A DNA stretch of 64,000 bases, from positions 32,304,001 to 32,368,000 of the forward strand of contig NC_087436.1 of the NCBI RefSeq assembly GCF_036321535.1, written 5' to 3'. This stretch comes from Camelus dromedarius (lineage: Eukaryota). Below, piece after piece: positions 58,661 through 64,000 of this stretch. The translations under genes were made by a program, and so were the position numbers. Numbering within the stretch: position 1 is the first letter of the stretch; the number at the start of each line of letters is the position of its first letter. The notes under the pieces were generated by a model. It ran no database searches. It was not told the DNA's origin and saw only the letters and a program-made list of their open reading frames with translations.

Positions 58661-59784
58661 CTGATTATCTTTATAATTCTATTTAATACTCAAACCTGTA
58701 TTTCCATATTTTATATAGTATTTATTAAGTCCTGCTGATAAATAATGAAAGATATATTTGCTCCCTTCACCCCACCACCCAATTTTAGTTCATATTTTTT
58801 CTTACTGCTTATCTTTATACCTTTAAATATACTAATATCTCTAGTCTTTAAATGATATCTCTATCACAGACTGTGATGGCTGAGGAAATCACTACTTTCT
58901 ACCTTCTCTTTCTTTTCTGCTTCTAACTCTTATAAATTATATCAATTCTACATTTTCAGAGTTTATATTCATATTCTTAGTCTTAGAGATAGTTGTATTC
59001 AATGATCATTACCAGTCCTTTTGTAGTAATTAACAAAATAGAAAATAAAAAACAATGAGAACCCAAATAATTCTTTAAGAACACTAATAGATATTTCAGA
59101 TGGGTTTATGGTTAGAATGTAAGAATAGTTTAGAATAACTTACTACATTAACTAAACAAGAAAGAAAGACATATCTTAGAGATATAAAGAAAACAAGCAA
59201 ACAAAAACTCCTAGCATCTGATACAATTCAGCATCCAGACATAAGTATAAAGTAAAAAAATCTAGGAATGTAGGAAAGCATGATTAATTTGATATGATAT
59301 AAAAAAAATCTACTGTATAATATTTAATGATGAAATTTTAGAAGCATTCCCTTAAAAGTGAGGGATAAGAATTCCCACTATTATCACTTTCTTTCTAAAA
59401 CAGAACAAGATATCTAAAGCTGAAAAAAAAAAATGAAAAGGTTTAAAGATTAGAAAAGGGGGAGAAAGCCTGCCATTGCACACAAAGAGTATGACTATTA
59501 CAGAGAAAACACAAGTGAGTCAACAAAGTATTAAAACGTATTGTTATTACTAAGTTCAGTAATAGATGTCAGGGCAATTGGTTATCCATGTGGGAAAAAA
59601 TTAAATCTCAATGCCTCATACTAAGTACACACAAAAAATATCCACGTGGATTGGATCAGAGAGCTAAGCATAAAAAGTGAAACTGTAAACTTTCAGACGA
59701 ATACACGAGAGACCATAGTCAGCGAAAATACAGCAAATATTTCAAGACCTTAAAGAAACTGGTTGATTCAACACACATTCATTA

Positions 59785-60250
59785 AAAATGAGCTCCATCA
59801 AGAAATGAAAAGACAAGCCAGACTATGAGAAAATATTTGCAAAACATCTATCTGATAAAGGACTTGTATCCAAAATACATAAAGAACTCTCAAAACTCAA
59901 CAAAAGAAAAGAAACAAGCCAATTGAAAAATGGACAAAAGAGCAGAGAGGACTTTAAGGTAGGAAAACTATTCTGTATAATACTTTAATGGTAAATATAT
60001 GATATTATATATTCGTCAAAACCCACAGAACTGTATAACACAAAGAGTGTATGCTAAGGTAAACTATGGACTTTATTTAGTAAATATCAATATTGAGTTC
60101 ATCAAGTGTAACAAATATACCACACTAATGCAAGAAGGTAACAGGGAAACTGTGAAGGGTAGAAGGGATATATGGGAACTCTGTGTACTATCTTGTTGAA
60201 ATTTTCTATAAACCTAAAACTGTTATACATAATAAAGTCTATTAATTTAA
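59785..60250 (+). mobile_element. L1MC-like fragments
   Basis: gaaaatatttgcaaaacatctatctgataaagg and L1MC-type 3'UTR. Confidence 0.7.
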
Positions 60251-61417
60251 ATTAAAAAGTCCACAAGATGATTTCTCATAAGGTTTTTAAGAGTAGTTCT
60301 ACAGTACCTTTAAATATGAAGAAATTCTATTAGGATTACACACAGAGCTTCTGTCAGCATTACTGTATCAAGATATTACTGTAGAAGTGTTAATATATCA
60401 ATGTGTTGAATGAATCAATCTATCAAATATCAATCAATCATTTAGAATTTCTGTAGACTTTATTATAGTTTATAGGAGTAAAATAAATTCCAGTTTAAAA
60501 AAAGAAAAGCAAAAATCATTTTGAAAAGTCCTTATGGACTTATTTATTTGCCACTTCCTCTGAAAAAAATATTTTTAAAACTTTCCTAAAACATTCTAAA
60601 ATTTTTCAATATTCACTTGGAAAGTTAATCCAGAATTGAATGATGTAAGCTTCCAAGTAGCTTATACTTACAAATGATAAAATATATTTGTTGGCTTACT
60701 TTAACCACTTTACAAAAGTATAGTCAATTTTTTTATTATAAATATAGTCAAAATTTAAGGTTCACAAAGGGGAAATGTAGATAATTTTTAAAAATTTGAT
60801 TTCCATGATCTTCCTACTCAATTCATTTGCACTGCTAATCAGAGAGGGGACTCATTAATTCTTATGCCAATGGTTTAAGCCTTTATGTGTTATTACTTAA
60901 ACCTATCAACCTTTGTTTTCAGCTTAATCTTATGGGGGAAAAAAACTAAGAATCCCTTTACCTTAATGCACCAAGCACTTAAATGACTCTCTCTGACTGA
61001 ACAATTTTTAAAGACTTGCTATGAAATTATATACTATTCTCAAGCTCTCCTCAATTACACATTTCCACATATTTTACAGCTATGTGGTATTCTAATGTTA
61101 ACACACAGTTTGCTGAACAACCTTTTGCTGTTGCCTAGTAAAGTCAAAGTCCAAGCATGATAAGAATTTAATCATAGGTATGTCATAAATGTCACAATAA
61201 TGTTAAAAATTCAAAGACATAACTATAAAACACTATATTTATTATAATTATAAATTATCGAAATCCTATAACATGGCATAAATAAAATGCAGGTATTGAT
61301 TTTAAAAGAATTCATTATGTCACTGGGTAGACTTAAAGTTAGTGTTCTATCTAAAATAAACACTAGTTATTTAATTAATCATGTTCTGTCTACCGTACGC
61401 CTTTTTTTTTTTTTTTA

Positions 61418-61690
61418 GAAGATGAACTTACGGTTATTAAAGGGGAAAGAGAGGGGCTAGCAATAATTAGGAGTCTGGGATTAACAGATACACACTACTA
61501 TACATAAAATAAGTAAAACAACAAGGAACTACTATATTGCACAGGGAACTATATTCAATATCTTATAATAATCTATAATAGAAAAGAATCTGAAAAAGAA
61601 TAGATATATATGTATAACTAAATCACTTTGCCATACATCTGAAACTAACACGACATTGTAGATCAACTGTACTCCAATTTTTAAAAAAAT
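61418..61690 (+). mobile_element. Artiodactyl-type L1 3' end
   Basis: Similar to 14720-14980 (gcacagggaactatattcaata...gaaactaacac). Confidence 0.8.
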
Positions 61691-62461
61691 TGTCAATGTT
61701 TTGATTTCTCAGCATTATTTAATCTTTAATAACCCTAAAAAAGTCAGTACAGAGTGAAGCTTTCAGGATAAATGATAAAAAGCATTTCTTTTTTAATCAT
61801 TGCTCAATCAATACCATATTATGGCGTCACTAAAGATTTTTTTATTAAGTTTTTATTTTTATGATTTTATTTCATTTACCTAACAGGACTGGCACAGACT
61901 CTTCTCATGGGGAAAGATGTGTTCACTCCCAACAAGGGATGGATTTTTCCAGGAAGGTTGCACTTCTTAAATGTGGTTTGGTTTTCCAGTATGGTTTAGG
62001 TTCTGTGATATAAGAGAGGAAGACTCAAACTGCACCCATTGCAATCTCTTACTTTTTGTCCTCAGACTCCAAAAACCTTATTCTCACTTAGAAACATTGG
62101 ACTAAATCCTTATTTTGCACCTTCCATTTGTAAATAATGTGAATATCTTTTCACTCAAAACCTTTGTTCTTTATATTTTCATTAATGATTTATATCAGCA
62201 GAAAACTTTAAAAGCTACTTGTATCACCCATTAATTTTTCTAAGAAAAGCTATTTCTATACTCTGATGGTAAAACTGAAGAAATTACTAGATAATCCATG
62301 CTAATTTTGACCATCTTCCTTAGAAGAATACTGTTTAACCAGACCATTGCCTGTGTCTAAATGCCACTGTGCATTTTAACGTATGTATCCTCGGACATCT
62401 GACTCCTTCTTTCAGGCCTTTTGGATTAACTGTCTGCCTTCTCAAAATTTAGAATTTGGTA

Positions 62462-63140
62462 GCTAGAAAGTGGAAGCAACCCCAGTGTCTATCAATGGAC
62501 TAATGAATAAGCAAAATATCATGTGTGTGTGTGCGCGCACACACACACACACACACACACGCACAACAATGGAATATTATTCAGCCTTAAAAAGCAATGA
62601 AATTCTTTTTTCTTTCTTTTTATTTTGTTGGGGGGAGGTAATTAGGGTTATTTATTTATTTATTTTTAGAGGCGGTACTGGGGATTGAACCCAGGACCTC
62701 ATGAATGCTAAGCATGTGCTCTACCACTTGAATGGAATGAAATTCTAACAAATGCCACAAGGTGGATGAACCTTGAGGACATCAGGCTAAGTGAAACAAG
62801 CCAGTTACAAAAAGACAAATATTATATGATTCTACTTATATGAGGTACCTAGAGACAGTATTGTATGATTCAGCCTTATATGAGGCAGCCAGATTCATAA
62901 ACAGAAAGCAGAATGGTGGTTACCAGAGGCTGAGGGGCAGGACAGGGGAAGAGGAAATGGAGGAGGGTGTAATTGTTTAATGAGTATACAGTTTCAGTTT
63001 TTCAATTGAAAAGAGTTCTACAGATGGATGGTGGGGACAGTTGCACAACAGTATGATCTAATACCACTGAACTGTACACTTAAAAATGGTTAAGATGGTA
63101 CATTTTATGTGACGTGTATTTTACAACAAAAAATATGAAA
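62462..63140 (+). mobile_element. L1M-type 3' fragment
   Basis: TMEYYSALK and L1 3'UTR. Flanked by aaaatttagaa(t/a)ttgg, a probable TSD. Confidence 0.85.
62607..62735 (-). mobile_element. tRNA-derived SINE (Vic-1-like) nested in L1
   Basis: Same core. TSD aatgaaattct at 62596-62606 and 62736-62746. Confidence 0.85.
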
Positions 63141-63232
63141 AAAATTTAGAAATTGGAGTTAATTTGGTAGTCTCTCTACAAAAAATATGAAAAAAATTTA
63201 GAAATTGGAGTTAATTTGGTAGTCTCTCTACA
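63126..63232. repeat. Perfect 52-bp tandem duplication
   Basis: acaaaaaatatgaaaaaaatttagaaattggagttaatttggtagtctctct twice, then aca. Confidence 0.95.
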
Positions 63233-63389
63233 TAATTTTCCAGAGGAAGTAAATTGTTACTTTCTTTCCCTCTTGACAGCTTTCTCAGTAAGCAGTAGTT
63301 CATTATTCTATAAATCCTAGAACAGAACTCAAGGCTATCTTCAAAAAAACACCACTGCATAATTTAAGTCATTTAAGTCATCATTATTT

Positions 63390-63756
63390 TGATGTTTGTC
63401 AGCCGGAGGCCAGCCTCAGCTCCTAGGGGCTGTTCACATTTCCCTACCACATGGCTCTCTTCACAGGATGTTCACAACATAACAGCTTACTTCTTCATGG
63501 CCAACAGGAGTGTGAGAATGAGTGTGCTAGCAAGATAAAGTCTAACATAACAATGTAACCATGGGAGTGTTATCCTATCAACTTGGCCATATCATATAAT
63601 ATAATCATGGGAGTGATACCCGATCACCTTTGCCATACTCTGTTGGTTAGAAGGCAGATCACAGGTCCTGCCCACACTCAAAGGGAGGGGATTACACAAA
63701 GGAGTAAACATCAGAAGATGGGATCAAAAGGGCCACCTTAGAGACTCTCTGCCATC
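63390..63756. mobile_element. MLT1-type MaLR LTR fragment
   Basis: cacaggtcctgcccacactcaaagggaggggattacaca motif. Confidence 0.7.
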
Positions 63757-64000
63757 TTGGGAGAAACCAACTGTGAATTTCAATCAGCCTTTGAGCAGAA
63801 TGTCTGGGCTGATACCTGCAGGGCTTTCAGTGTCATAGGTGACAATACCTTCTTCCAATTTTCCTACCAATAGGAAAATAAACAACAAATTCCACAGACC
63901 TGAATAAACATTTGTTTATAAGCATGTGAGTTCGTGAAAATTTGTCTGAATTTTCTAAATCATGTTTATATATTTCCATTCACTCAAAAACACTTGCCCA

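Overview
Mammalian genomic DNA, very probably a camelid: it carries five copies of a tRNA-derived SINE matching my recollection of Vic-1, plus artiodactyl-type L1. Two protein-coding genes lie on the minus strand, in the same order as human 4q28. (1) ABHD18 (C4orf29) has its complete CDS here: 12 coding exons, 56783->34272, 1395 nt = 464 aa + stop. (2) LARP1B is represented by its 5' part: a CpG-island promoter at ~16.5-18.3 kb and 7 coding exons down to 1270, with the gene continuing off the left edge. Between them are a decayed RNPS1 processed pseudogene and a dense mosaic of L1, L2, MIR, LTR and hAT remnants. The most notable observations are three. First, ABHD18 has a minor-spliceosome (U12) intron with rare AT-AA ends, a 28-nt microexon, a competing stop-producing AG acceptor and a (CTTA)n array just inside its donor. 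Second, LARP1B has an in-frame 194-aa N-terminal extension encoded in the CpG island and homologous to the LARP1 N-terminus. Third, there is a candidate poison exon in LARP1B. Gene and repeat-family names come from my recall of known sequences, not from a database search, and repeat boundaries are approximate. I found no evidence of a wholly new multi-gene system.
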